NCBI GenBank assembly: GCA_050331235.1
Contig: JBHJHA010000097.1
Span: forward strand, 1 to 25,863
Length of the DNA: 25,863 bases
Source of the DNA: Leptolyngbyaceae cyanobacterium
Lineage (GTDB): Bacteria > Cyanobacteriota > Cyanobacteriia > Phormidesmidales > Phormidesmidaceae
Direction: 5' to 3'
The notes beneath the pieces are model-generated. The model ran no database searches. It was given only the letters and a program-made list of their open reading frames with translations, and was not told where the DNA came from. Made by a program: the position numbers and the translations under genes. Shown piece by piece: positions 10,138 through 22,414 of the stretch; position 1 is the stretch's first letter; the number at the start of each line of letters is the position of its first letter.

Positions 10138-10371
10138 AAACTGGGTTGATATCGAAAGTAGCTGATTAAGAAGTGCGTTAAAAATGTTGTTTCAAAAGAT
10201 AGACCAACGGCTGCCGTTTTCCTCTTAATCTTGGGTGCAGCTATTGTGACAGCCAAGATGCCGGTTCACACCTAACCCTAGGTAGGAAAAGCCACAGAGT
10301 CTGATTGGTAGATACTGGAGAGGTAAAAACCATTACTACATACTGTTGACTTATTGGACAGTCTAGGAGGC

Positions 10372-10405
10372 GGGTTCGCAGGGGAAATCCCCTGCGAACC
10401 CTTTT
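10372..10405 (+). terminator. Perfect GC-rich hairpin followed by TTTT on the + strand (terminator-like or REP-like)
   Basis: GGGTTCGCAGGGG-AAAT-CCCCTGCGAACCC, then TTTT. Confidence 0.5.
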
Positions 10406-10448
10406 CATCCCCCTTCCCAGGCCACATCCGTCGGGAAAGGGAGACAGT

Positions 10449-10494
10449 AAAAATCCAGCCCTTCACCTTAAAAGATCAAGGTGAAAGGCTGGAT
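10449..10494 (-). terminator. Intrinsic terminator downstream of gap1
   Basis: Minus strand reads ATCCAGCCTTTCACCTT-8 nt loop-AAGGTGAAGGGCTGGAT followed by TTTT. The stem is 17 bp with one G-U pair. Confidence 0.7.
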
Positions 10495-10619
10495 GCTCGG
10501 CAAATAACCATAACAGCCAGTGACCCACAAGCACAGCTATGGCGATCGCCCACAGCATTTTGCACTTGTCGGCAATAACATGAAGGCGATCGCTGGCTCA
10601 ACCTAAGTTCGCTGATCCT

Positions 10620-11714
<1,095 letters not shown>

Positions 11715-11843
11715 TTAAGCCGCACGACCCAAACTCGGCTTGGTTGCATCAATGAAAACATGCACTTCTCGGTCATCAATGATCCCTTTGGGTTCCCTCA
11801 AGGTTGTGGGGGGGTGTTTGATGACGAAGTGTAAAGCTAACCC

Positions 11844-13637
11844 CTACATCAAGAACGTGGCATGCATCTGGTTGAGATTGGGGTTGTAGTAAGGATCTCC
11901 CCCTAGTTCCTGTAAATAAGATTGCCATCGCGCTTTAAACAGCCTCAGTTCCTCGGGGAGCACCGTGGAGTCTCGGGATGCCGACCCGTGGTGAGTGAGC
12001 TCGGCAAAGGGAGTGAAGACAATCCGATACCCAGCCTTGTGAATTTTGAGACAAAAGTCCACATCGTTGTAGCTGAGTGGGAAAATATCGTCCAAGCCGT
12101 TGACAAGGTTGAAAACGTCGCGACGCACCATCAAGCAGGCACCGGTAACACACAAATAATTGCGATTGATGATGGTCGAGCAAAAGTGGCCCAAGCTGTT
12201 GCGATGCTCGTTGTAGAACGCATGGCCAGGGCCACCCTCTAAAATCACGACGCCAGCGTGTTGAATATGGTCGTTAGGAAATAGGAGTTTAGCACCTGTC
12301 GCGCCAATGTCGCTCTGCTGGGTAAGTTCCAGCATGGACTCGAGCCAGTCGGGGGTAATGACTTCGATATCGTCGTTGAGCAAGAGCAGCACCTCACCTC
12401 GGCTGTGCTGCACTCCGGCATTGATCCGGCAAGAAAAGTTGAAGGGCTCATCACAGCGAACGAGCTCAATGCCAAAGGCTTTGACTTTATCGAGGGTGTC
12501 GGGGGGAATATCAAACCCATCCACCACAACTATCTCAATATTGGTGTAGGTACTCTTCTGAACGATGCTTTCGAGACAGTTTTCTAGATGCGATCGCCGC
12601 TGATCGGCCATGGGCGTACCTGCACTGGGGATCACGATGCTGACCAAAGGCCGCTCAACCAGCTTGCGGCGAACTCGGTAAAAGCCCGCTTCAGCAGTGT
12701 CTTCAACCTGACCTGGATAGGGACTGCGCTGGGTCATATCGGTTAGGGCGCGCCGTGCTGCCTCATAGGCCCAGGGTTTGGCTTCAGCTCCAGAGGTGAC
12801 GGAAGTCTCAGTTAGCCGCCAGTGATAGAGAATCTTGGGGATATGGTGAATCCGCTGGGTCCGCTCAGATAGTCGAAGCATCAAGTCCCAATCTTGGGCA
12901 CCGTCATAGGCTGAGCGAAAGCCTCCCACTTGACGCACTAGGGAAGTTCGGTAGACACCCAGATGGCAGGTGTACATACAACCGTGAAAGTAGTCAGGCG
13001 ACCAGTTGGGCTTAAAGAAAGGATCCTTGTGGTGACCCCGTTTAGTAATTTTGTCTTCGTCACTGTAGAGAATGTCGATGAGGGGATCTTGACGAATGAC
13101 TTTGGCGTTCTCGTAGAGGGCCGCGATCGCCAATTCATCATCATGATCAAGCAGGGCAATGTAGTCACCGGTAGCCTGAGCTAAAGCCGCATTTGTCGCA
13201 GTGGAAATTCCTCCGTTCTTAGGCAGGTAAATGATTTGAATGCGATCGTCAGTGTCTTCGTACTGCTGCAAAACGGCGTGAGTTTTAGCCGAGGGAGAAC
13301 AGTCATCAACCAAAATCAGCTGCCAGTAGGGATATGCCTGGGATTGAACTGAGGCGATCGCGCACTTGAGTAATGACGGCTGGGTGTTGTAAACAGGGAC
13401 CAGAACTGAAAACGTCGGTGCCTTGTCCCAATTAGCAACCTCCGCCTGCACCCGAAGCACGTCTGCTGGGGTGAATTGCTGAGCTTTGAGCCAGCTGAGA
13501 TATCGCAGTTGAGCTTTACGCCGCTGTCCTAACCACAACACATACTGTAGAGAGTCATTAATTGCGTTACCAAAGCCTCTGTCTTGCCAGACTTTGGCAA
13601 ATGCGACAGGCTTGTTAAGCCAAAACTTGAGGGACAT
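11844..13637 (-). CDS. Two-domain glycosyltransferase family 2 (O-antigen/rhamnan-type)
   Basis: Two GT-A domains: FSVLVPVYN...LLDHDD...GAQDWDL and VSIVIPS...LLNDD...YNDVDFC. Ends with DPYYNPNL. Start taken at ATG 13637. Confidence 0.9.
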   Translation of the reverse strand: MSLKFWLNKPVAFAKVWQDRGFGNAINDSLQYVLWLGQRRKAQLRYLSWLKAQQFTPADVLRVQAEVANWDKAPTFSVLVPVYNTQPSLLKCAIASVQSQAYPYWQLILVDDCSPSAKTHAVLQQYEDTDDRIQIIYLPKNGGISTATNAALAQATGDYIALLDHDDELAIAALYENAKVIRQDPLIDILYSDEDKITKRGHHKDPFFKPNWSPDYFHGCMYTCHLGVYRTSLVRQVGGFRSAYDGAQDWDLMLRLSERTQRIHHIPKILYHWRLTETSVTSGAEAKPWAYEAARRALTDMTQRSPYPGQVEDTAEAGFYRVRRKLVERPLVSIVIPSAGTPMADQRRSHLENCLESIVQKSTYTNIEIVVVDGFDIPPDTLDKVKAFGIELVRCDEPFNFSCRINAGVQHSRGEVLLLLNDDIEVITPDWLESMLELTQQSDIGATGAKLLFPNDHIQHAGVVILEGGPGHAFYNEHRNSLGHFCSTIINRNYLCVTGACLMVRRDVFNLVNGLDDIFPLSYNDVDFCLKIHKAGYRIVFTPFAELTHHGSASRDSTVLPEELRLFKARWQSYLQELGGDPYYNPNLNQMHATFLM

Positions 13638-13714
13638 ATACCCAATGACAAATATCCTGCAGATACTAGCATGGCATAGGTCAGACGCAGCCAAGCCCTG
13701 GACAGGCGGTTTCC

Positions 13715-15937
<2,223 letters not shown>

Positions 15938-16041
15938 ATGGTCAGCTCTTATGGGAGCTGTGAAGATGAAGCCTTCCAACGATTGAGCTGAGGAGGCTCT
16001 TTGGCTGGGGTGAGGGGACAACGATAGGCGATCTCGAAATC

Positions 16042-16461
16042 CTAAGCTGCCTCAACTAAAGTCAGGTCAAAGGTCAGGTCTTGGCCCGCTAGGGGATGGT
16101 TGCCGTCAATCACGACGCCATTATCTTTGACCTCAGTGACTCTCACAGGTAATGCTCCTTGGGGAGTCTGCAACTGTAAAGTCTGCCCCACTTCTGGATT
16201 CATCCCTTCGGGAAATTGAGCATGGGGTACGAGGGCAATCATCTCTTCGCGCACTTCACCGTAGGCTTCCGTACTCGGAATGGTGATAGTTTTAGAGCTG
16301 CCGATATCCATCTGCTGAATAGCTGCATCAAACCCTGGAATTACCTGACCAGAGCCAACTTGAAACTCTAAGGGATCTCGTCCTTCAGAAGAATCAAAGA
16401 CCGAGCCGTCGTTTAGCTTCCCCGTATAGTGGACTTTTACGGTCTTACCAGTTTCTACCAT
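16042..16461 (-). CDS. FKBP-type peptidyl-prolyl cis-trans isomerase (SlyD-like, no His-rich tail)
   Basis: Motifs VKVHYTGKLNDGSVFDSS, QVIPGF, EAYG and IDGNHPLAGQDLTF. Start at ATG 16461. Confidence 0.93.
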   Translation of the reverse strand: MVETGKTVKVHYTGKLNDGSVFDSSEGRDPLEFQVGSGQVIPGFDAAIQQMDIGSSKTITIPSTEAYGEVREEMIALVPHAQFPEGMNPEVGQTLQLQTPQGALPVRVTEVKDNGVVIDGNHPLAGQDLTFDLTLVEAA

Positions 16462-16743
16462 GAAGTTGTCTCTTACAAACTGTATTAGTGGCAAGCCTAG
16501 CTCATTTAGCGACTTCACAGGAGAGCCGTGTTTTCGAAAGGTTAAGCAACCTTAGTTTGAGACCAAGAATTTAGCTGGAACGCCTGCTACGAAAACTGCT
16601 GTAGTCGGAGCGACGGTTGAAGCAGCGGCGCTGAAGAGCTCAATTTGTTTGGTTTCCCGAGGTTGGTCTGTCATTGCTGACCATAAGTTGCAGTTGATGA
16701 ATCGCAATTTGAACAATCTCTCCAGTATTGTCCTTGTCTGAGC

Positions 16744-18090
16744 CTATTGAAAATCTAGCGTCAGCTGATCTTGGGCGCGAGCTGCATACTTTGCCTGGGT
16801 TACGGTTTGCTGGTCGGCAATCATCGCGGTTGTGGCCATGCCTGTTTGAACAATGCTGAGCGTCCGAAACGGGTTGATAATGGGGTCGATCGCGACAAAC
16901 AAAACCAGTACCGCATCTAAAGGTAGTTTTATGGGGTCGAGCACCAATCCCAGCATCGTCAGCGTCAAGATGCCTGTCACGCCAGAGGTGGCCATCCCAG
17001 CAAAGACAGATCCCACTACAATAATCAGCAACATACTGATATCCAGAGGTTTCTGATAGAGTTGCACCACAAACATCGCTGCCGCGGCAAAGTAAATAAT
17101 GGAGCCAAACCGGCACAGTGTAATCGATAGCGGTGTGACTAAGTCAGTGGTTTGACGATCGAAGTTGAGAGCCTCATGCAGGCTCGCGATCGCCGCGGGT
17201 AGACAAGCCAAGCTACTGGTCGTTGCTAGGGCCAAAATGGTGGGATCTTTGAGCGCTCTCAACACCGCTAGCAGCGATCGCTTTGAGCGCCAGCTAATCA
17301 CAACCACGCCAACCACGTAGACAGCGACAAAAATGGCCAGCGTTACCACTACAAAGTTGACCATCGAGAACAATACATCGAGGCCAATCTGAGCAAGCTG
17401 GGTGGCGAGCAAGCTACATAACCCGAAGGGCAATAGATATGTCAGCCAAGAAATGACCTGATTAAACGCTTGATAAATACTGTCCAACATGTCGAATAGC
17501 GACTCAGTCTTACTTCCCTTGATAAGACCGAGGGAAATGCCGAACACGATGGCAAAAATCAGCACTTTGAGGGTTTGTCCCTCACTCAAAGCCAGAAAGA
17601 TGTTTTCCGGCACCATATTCATCACAAAGGTCGTTATATTGGTACCCGCCTCTTCGACTGGTAGTGGCCCACTCAATGAAACTTCAAGATAAATGCCCGA
17701 CTGATTGACCAAACCCCCTAGGCTTTCCTGGGTGGCGGGCTACAAGTTGCGCCCCGGACCGGTGAGTGCCGCTACCGCAGCCGCGATCGCGCTGACCGCC
17801 AACATGGCCGTGGGAAATACTACTAAAATCCGCTGAACATATTGTTTAGCGTCGTGGCTCTGCATCAAGCGGCCAATGCTGTTAGAGATAGCTGACAGTA
17901 AAATCGGCAGCACACACATTTTAAGTAATCCCAAGTAGAGGTTGCCAATAGGGGCGATCGCCTCTGCTACCACAGGTAACTGCGTACCGATATAAATCCC
18001 AAGAAGCACACTGACTAAAATGCTCCAGGGACTGCGTAACCATTCCATTGAGAGAGTGGGCCGAGATCGTTTTTTGGGAAATGTCGTCAT
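16744..18090 (-). pseudogene. Dicarboxylate/amino acid:cation symporter (DAACS/GltP family) interrupted by one in-frame TAG at 17740-17742
   Basis: The ORFs at 17740..18090 and 16744..17712 are in the same frame, and the junction reads GPGRNL*PATQESLGGLVNQ. DAACS motifs: LLKMCVLP, MVPENIF, ATTSSLACLP, GMATSGVTG and DPIINPFRT. Confidence 0.85.
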
Positions 18091-18167
18091 GGTAGTCAGA
18101 TGTCAGCGATGGGTTTGGTCGGAACCGAAGCTTTGCAGAAGTGCTTGAAACTTTGCCAGATTAGCGT

Positions 18168-19202
18168 TTAACTCGATGAGGCCTGAACAGATAAATAGTC
18201 AGAAAATTCTTCTAGGATGCTATCTACGGTGTACTCAGTATCTAAGGTGGCAAGGTACTGGTCGGCAAAAGCTAATAACTGGGGGCTGTCCCAAGGCAAG
18301 ACCATCGCCAAGGCGTCCCGCGTATCTGTCAGTACCGCAGTTTCTAACTGCAGCGCCGCATCGGGCTTCGTTCTCACCACCTTTTTGATTTCCAGTTCGT
18401 CGCGATAGCCAGCGAGAATTTCACCTGCTGTGACAGCGGCAACAATGTCTTCCCAAGATGGCAGCTCAACGATGGTGGCCTGGGGAAAACGCTGCTGCAA
18501 AAAGCCGACGTATGATGAGCCTTTGATCACCCCGACATCGCCGGTCAGCGAGCGAATAGTCTGAATTACGTTGTCGCTGCTGGTCTGCTCAGCCAAGAGT
18601 AATCGATTAATCAGCAACCCTTGGCGCATCTCGAGGTACGGTCGGGTAAATCGTACTTTGACGGCGCGCTTCATCGTGCGGCTAATTTTAGAAATCGCCA
18701 TGTCTGCTTCGCGGTTGTAAACCGTATCCACTACGCCGTTGAAAGTGTCAGCGGTACGGTGAAGCTCGAGGTCAACCCCGAGTTGGTCGGCGAGGGCTTG
18801 AGCGAGTTGGATATCTAGTCCACCTGATTCACCGGTTTTCAACGCCATAAAAAAAGGCGCGTTGTTGCTGCCTAGCACCGCGACTATGAGTTTGCCACGA
18901 TCTAAGATGCGCTGGATATCCGGCGGCATCAGTGAATCTGGGCGCTCTGCCTCATCTGTATTGTCATCGCGACTCGATGTAGTTTGGGTGCTGGCGCTTG
19001 TCCGTTTTGACGTGGTGCTGGTGGAGCGAAAGCTGGTTGATTGAGCCACGAGTGTCGGATGAGCGACCGCCAGGGCGGGGGCGATCGCCGTACCGCTGAC
19101 GGTTGTAATTGCGATCAGACTACATAGACAAAACAACAACGCTTGGTGAAGTGATCGGCGCTGGAGTAGGAGACGTTTGGGGGGCAGAGAATAACGATAC
19201 AC
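18168..19202 (-). CDS. Periplasmic amino-acid solute-binding protein (family 3) with signal peptide and Ser/Thr-rich linker
   Basis: Motifs IQRILDRGKLIVAV, GLDIQLAQALADQLGV, ADMAISKISRTMKR, FTRPY and GVIKGSSY. Hydrophobic N-terminus ending in ALA. Confidence 0.88.
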   Translation of the reverse strand: MYRYSLPPKRLLLQRRSLHQALLFCLCSLIAITTVSGTAIAPALAVAHPTLVAQSTSFRSTSTTSKRTSASTQTTSSRDDNTDEAERPDSLMPPDIQRILDRGKLIVAVLGSNNAPFFMALKTGESGGLDIQLAQALADQLGVDLELHRTADTFNGVVDTVYNREADMAISKISRTMKRAVKVRFTRPYLEMRQGLLINRLLLAEQTSSDNVIQTIRSLTGDVGVIKGSSYVGFLQQRFPQATIVELPSWEDIVAAVTAGEILAGYRDELEIKKVVRTKPDAALQLETAVLTDTRDALAMVLPWDSPQLLAFADQYLATLDTEYTVDSILEEFSDYLSVQASSS

Positions 19203-19219
19203 GGTATAAGACCTCGTCT

Positions 19220-20011
19220 TTATGCAGCCGAAAGAGAGTGAGCAGTGCGATCGCCGTAGGCGAGATCAAGGGTGATATCAGCAATTGCCGTTAATGGATC
19301 AACCCAAGGCAAAGACAAATTACCAATTTGCGCGAGGCCGACTGACAGCTCGGTACAACCAGCTATTACCAGCTCAGCACCTTGAGCTTTGAGCCAAGTG
19401 ACGGCATGGAGCAAGGCGGCCAGGGCTTGGTCAGAGACTTGAGCCCCCGTTGTTTTAATTCCCCAATCAGGATGGTAAATCGACTGCATGACGCGTTTTT
19501 GCATAGGCGAATCGATGGCTGGCTCTAGGGGCAGCAGCCCTGCTCGGCGCAGACTCCGGTGATAAAGCTCTGTGTGCAGCGTGCCATCAGTTGCCAAGAT
19601 GCCGACTTTGCGCACGGGGGAAAACTGTTCTCGAATCGCTTGTGTGGTGCACTGCATCAATGGAATCCAAGGAATATCGAGCTGAGCCTGAACAGCTGGA
19701 TAAAAGGCGTGAGCTGTGTTGCAAGTAACGACTAAAAAGTCGGCCCCCGCGCGTTGAAGGCGTTGGCCATATTTCACTAGCCAGGGTGTGCAGTCAGGGG
19801 CAGCGCCTTTGATGCTCTTAGTACGGTCCGGGGTCTGGGCAGCATTCATCAAAATCCAGTCAGGATGATCCTGGTCGCTGTTGGCTCCCCGCTGACAGCT
19901 ACGCTCTAACAAAACTTGTTCAAACTGGATGTGGGCTAACGGCCCTAGACCACCAATGATGCCAGGCATTGCAAGCTGTCGATTGGTGGTTGCCGGAATC
20001 GGTAGAGTCAT
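19220..20011 (-). CDS. PLP-independent aspartate/glutamate racemase family protein
   Basis: Motifs GIIGGLGP, PDRT, VTCNTAH and AGCTEL (both catalytic Cys present), and GILATDGT. Confidence 0.93.
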   Translation of the reverse strand: MTLPIPATTNRQLAMPGIIGGLGPLAHIQFEQVLLERSCQRGANSDQDHPDWILMNAAQTPDRTKSIKGAAPDCTPWLVKYGQRLQRAGADFLVVTCNTAHAFYPAVQAQLDIPWIPLMQCTTQAIREQFSPVRKVGILATDGTLHTELYHRSLRRAGLLPLEPAIDSPMQKRVMQSIYHPDWGIKTTGAQVSDQALAALLHAVTWLKAQGAELVIAGCTELSVGLAQIGNLSLPWVDPLTAIADITLDLAYGDRTAHSLSAA

Positions 20012-20609
20012 AGTGCTAACCCATCACGGAGTTATAGGGTGATTTTGCTAAATCAGCAGATACGATCGCGCAATAATAGCTACAGGCTAAGTCTGACTAC
20101 ACGTAGGCTTCCCGCTCCCAGAGGAAAAAATTGGTGTTTCTCGTCACTGCGAGCTGTGATCTCAGCTTTCATTGAATTTTCCAACGTTCAGGCAGTTTCT
20201 TAAGCCCTAAACCGGAACTTTAACAGTGTGAAGGAAGCTTAAACCGATGTAGAAGTACCGTGAAATGTTTATTACAGCCGCGATCACGCGACTTAGTCGC
20301 TCAGAGTTCCACATCCGCCCTCTCCTGATTTCGAACAGCTTTAATTTTCTTGATAAGCTACCCTTGGTTTTCAGTCAAGTTTCGTCGGACCGAGCAGCCT
20401 AAGGACTTGAGGTTGCTGCATGATACGGAGATCACCATTCCGGTAATCGATATGAGGCGATCGTGCAGGACTGTCGACCAAGCTACCAAGCTGCTACTCA
20501 CGTAAATTAGTCAGGGCTATGGTCTGTCGGTGAGAACCAGTACACTGAATATGCATTTTTCATGGGTAACTTCTTTCCCAGTGGCACCTCAACCCTTCAT
20601 TCTTTAGCG

Positions 20610-21545
20610 ATGGTGACGACAACCAGATCCCCCGGCCCGTTATCTACTATGGCCAATGTTTTGTTGGCCATTGAGCCATTAGCCAGGCAACTCAAACAGC
20701 GTGCTCGCCATATGATGATCACGCGAGCTGAGAACATTGGTGTGCCTTGGCAAGAGACGGTGGAGCAGTTGCGATCGCCGCACTTGGTTGACCATTGGCA
20801 AGCTGATCTAGCGGCTGTACAGCAGCCTGATTTGGTCTATCCGGATTACTATCTGGCTGGGTTTCATGCCTACGATGAGGGTAATCTGGGCTGGCTGCCA
20901 GCTATGGAAGTTGAAGTGGCCGCCCAAGCTGTGCATGCCAAAATCTGGCCAGAGGCAGGGGCCGCAGGCGATGCAAAGCTGCGCCAAAGCTACCACGACG
21001 TATTGCTAGCGCGTTTGCCCCAATCGCCCCAAGCAATTCTCGACCTAGGCTGCGGCGTGGGCATGAGCACCGAAACGCTGCAGCAAACATTTCCCCAGGC
21101 CACAGTCACCGGAGTTGACCTCTCGCCCTACTTTTTAGCTGTAGCCCGTTATCGAACCGCCGCAACGGCCTCGTTGACTTGGCATCACGCTGCGGCTGAG
21201 GCCACTGGGCTACCAGATGCCAGTTTTGATTTGGTATCGGTGTGTCTTGTTTTCCACGAACTGCCCCATACTGCAGCGATCGCCATTTTGCAAGAAGCGC
21301 GACGGTTGCTACGTCCTGGCGGGCATTTGGCCATTATGGATATGAATCCTACCTGCGAAACCTTCGCCAAAATGCCGCCGTTTGTATTCACCCTGCTGAA
21401 AAGCACAGAGCCCTATTTAGATGAGTATTTGGCCTTTGACTTTGATGCGGCGATGCAGTCAGTGGGATTTGTGTCTCTCCAAGAAGTGATCAGCAGTCCC
21501 CGCCATCGGACCATTATTGCTGCCGTACCTGCTGAGGCCGGTTAG
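20610..21545 (+). CDS. Class I SAM-dependent methyltransferase
   Basis: Motifs ILDLGCGVG, VTGVDLSPY, SFDLV, FHELP and LLRPGG. The N-terminal YPDYY...FHAYDEGNL segment is typical of a cyanobacterial/plant family. Start could be 20562, 20610 or later. Confidence 0.88.
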   Translation: MVTTTRSPGPLSTMANVLLAIEPLARQLKQRARHMMITRAENIGVPWQETVEQLRSPHLVDHWQADLAAVQQPDLVYPDYYLAGFHAYDEGNLGWLPAMEVEVAAQAVHAKIWPEAGAAGDAKLRQSYHDVLLARLPQSPQAILDLGCGVGMSTETLQQTFPQATVTGVDLSPYFLAVARYRTAATASLTWHHAAAEATGLPDASFDLVSVCLVFHELPHTAAIAILQEARRLLRPGGHLAIMDMNPTCETFAKMPPFVFTLLKSTEPYLDEYLAFDFDAAMQSVGFVSLQEVISSPRHRTIIAAVPAEAG

Positions 21546-21559
21546 CAGACACGGCCGAA

Positions 21560-22264
21560 CTAGAGAAAGTTGAGCTGGGCTTCTTGCACGTTCCGGTCTT
21601 CATCAATGACCAAGTCAAGGGCCTGGTCAGCACGATCCAGTAACAAAGTGCGGGGAGTGCGCACAGACAGTTGCCAACCGTCCAATTGGAGCTGGTCTAG
21701 TACCGCGGCAGCGGGCTGTCCCACTAACTCAGCCGGAAACGTGGAGGCCACAATTGGGGTGCCCAAATTGAGCATTGAACGTAGGGATGGATTGAGCAGG
21801 GCTCGCTGTTCGGGACTTAAGATGCCGCGAATGGCGATCGCCCGTTGGAAGAGTAAATCATGCACCTGGCGTTCGTAGTCCAAAACGTCATTGCGAACTT
21901 GGGTGATCGCCGCATTGGTGGTTGTGGGCTGAATGAGATTGGTCAGAAGATTAATTGATTGTAAATAACGATTGATGGCGGCTTGCAAGTCAGCATCATA
22001 TTCGCGATAAACCACTTGAATGGCAGCGGCTTGGTCCGCGCTCAGGCCTGGGTAGGCCAAGATAAATTGCTCTGCGGTTGCCGGTTGCGTTTCAACTGCA
22101 TCTAAAATCCAATCGACTGCGGTGGGGGCCTGTTCGGTGAGTTGTATCTGCGCAATTTCCGGGCCAGTCATCTCAGGGATAATCGGGGAAGAGGCTATCG
22201 CCTCCGTTGCCCATAGACTGCTGATGATTAGTCCGGTAGACCCTAATACATCCCAATGTCGCAT
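21560..22264 (-). CDS. Exported Spy/CpxP-like protein with an extra small C-terminal domain
   Basis: Signal-peptide-like N-terminus ending in AIA. Two LTxxQ-like motifs (LSADQ, LSPEQ) flank a helical region. Start is uncertain. Confidence 0.65.
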   Translation of the reverse strand: MRHWDVLGSTGLIISSLWATEAIASSPIIPEMTGPEIAQIQLTEQAPTAVDWILDAVETQPATAEQFILAYPGLSADQAAAIQVVYREYDADLQAAINRYLQSINLLTNLIQPTTTNAAITQVRNDVLDYERQVHDLLFQRAIAIRGILSPEQRALLNPSLRSMLNLGTPIVASTFPAELVGQPAAAVLDQLQLDGWQLSVRTPRTLLLDRADQALDLVIDEDRNVQEAQLNFL

Positions 22265-22414
22265 GATGCCGCAATGCATGAAGTTACCCAACCAAAGTAG
22301 CAAATGGGCTTTCACAAACTGTGTTGGTGTCTTTGCGGTGGACTCATGATTCGGCGATCGCCCGTTGTCTAAGTCTCACAAGTTAGTCGGGAAATGCTGG
22401 TGTCATGGTCAAAT

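Noticed and set aside
10497..10580. Near-repeat TCGGCAAATAAC / TCGGCAATAAC downstream of gap1
   Set aside because: Only two short imperfect copies, which is not enough to call an array or a site.
16640..17116. 158-aa alternative-frame ORF overlapping the symporter 3' end
   Set aside because: The DAACS motifs are all in the main frame, so there is no sign of a frameshifted C-terminus.
20012..20609. NtcA box or amino-acid riboswitch upstream of the racemase cluster
   Set aside because: I found no GTA-N8-TAC (only GTA-N4-TAC near 20249) and no recognisable riboswitch consensus.
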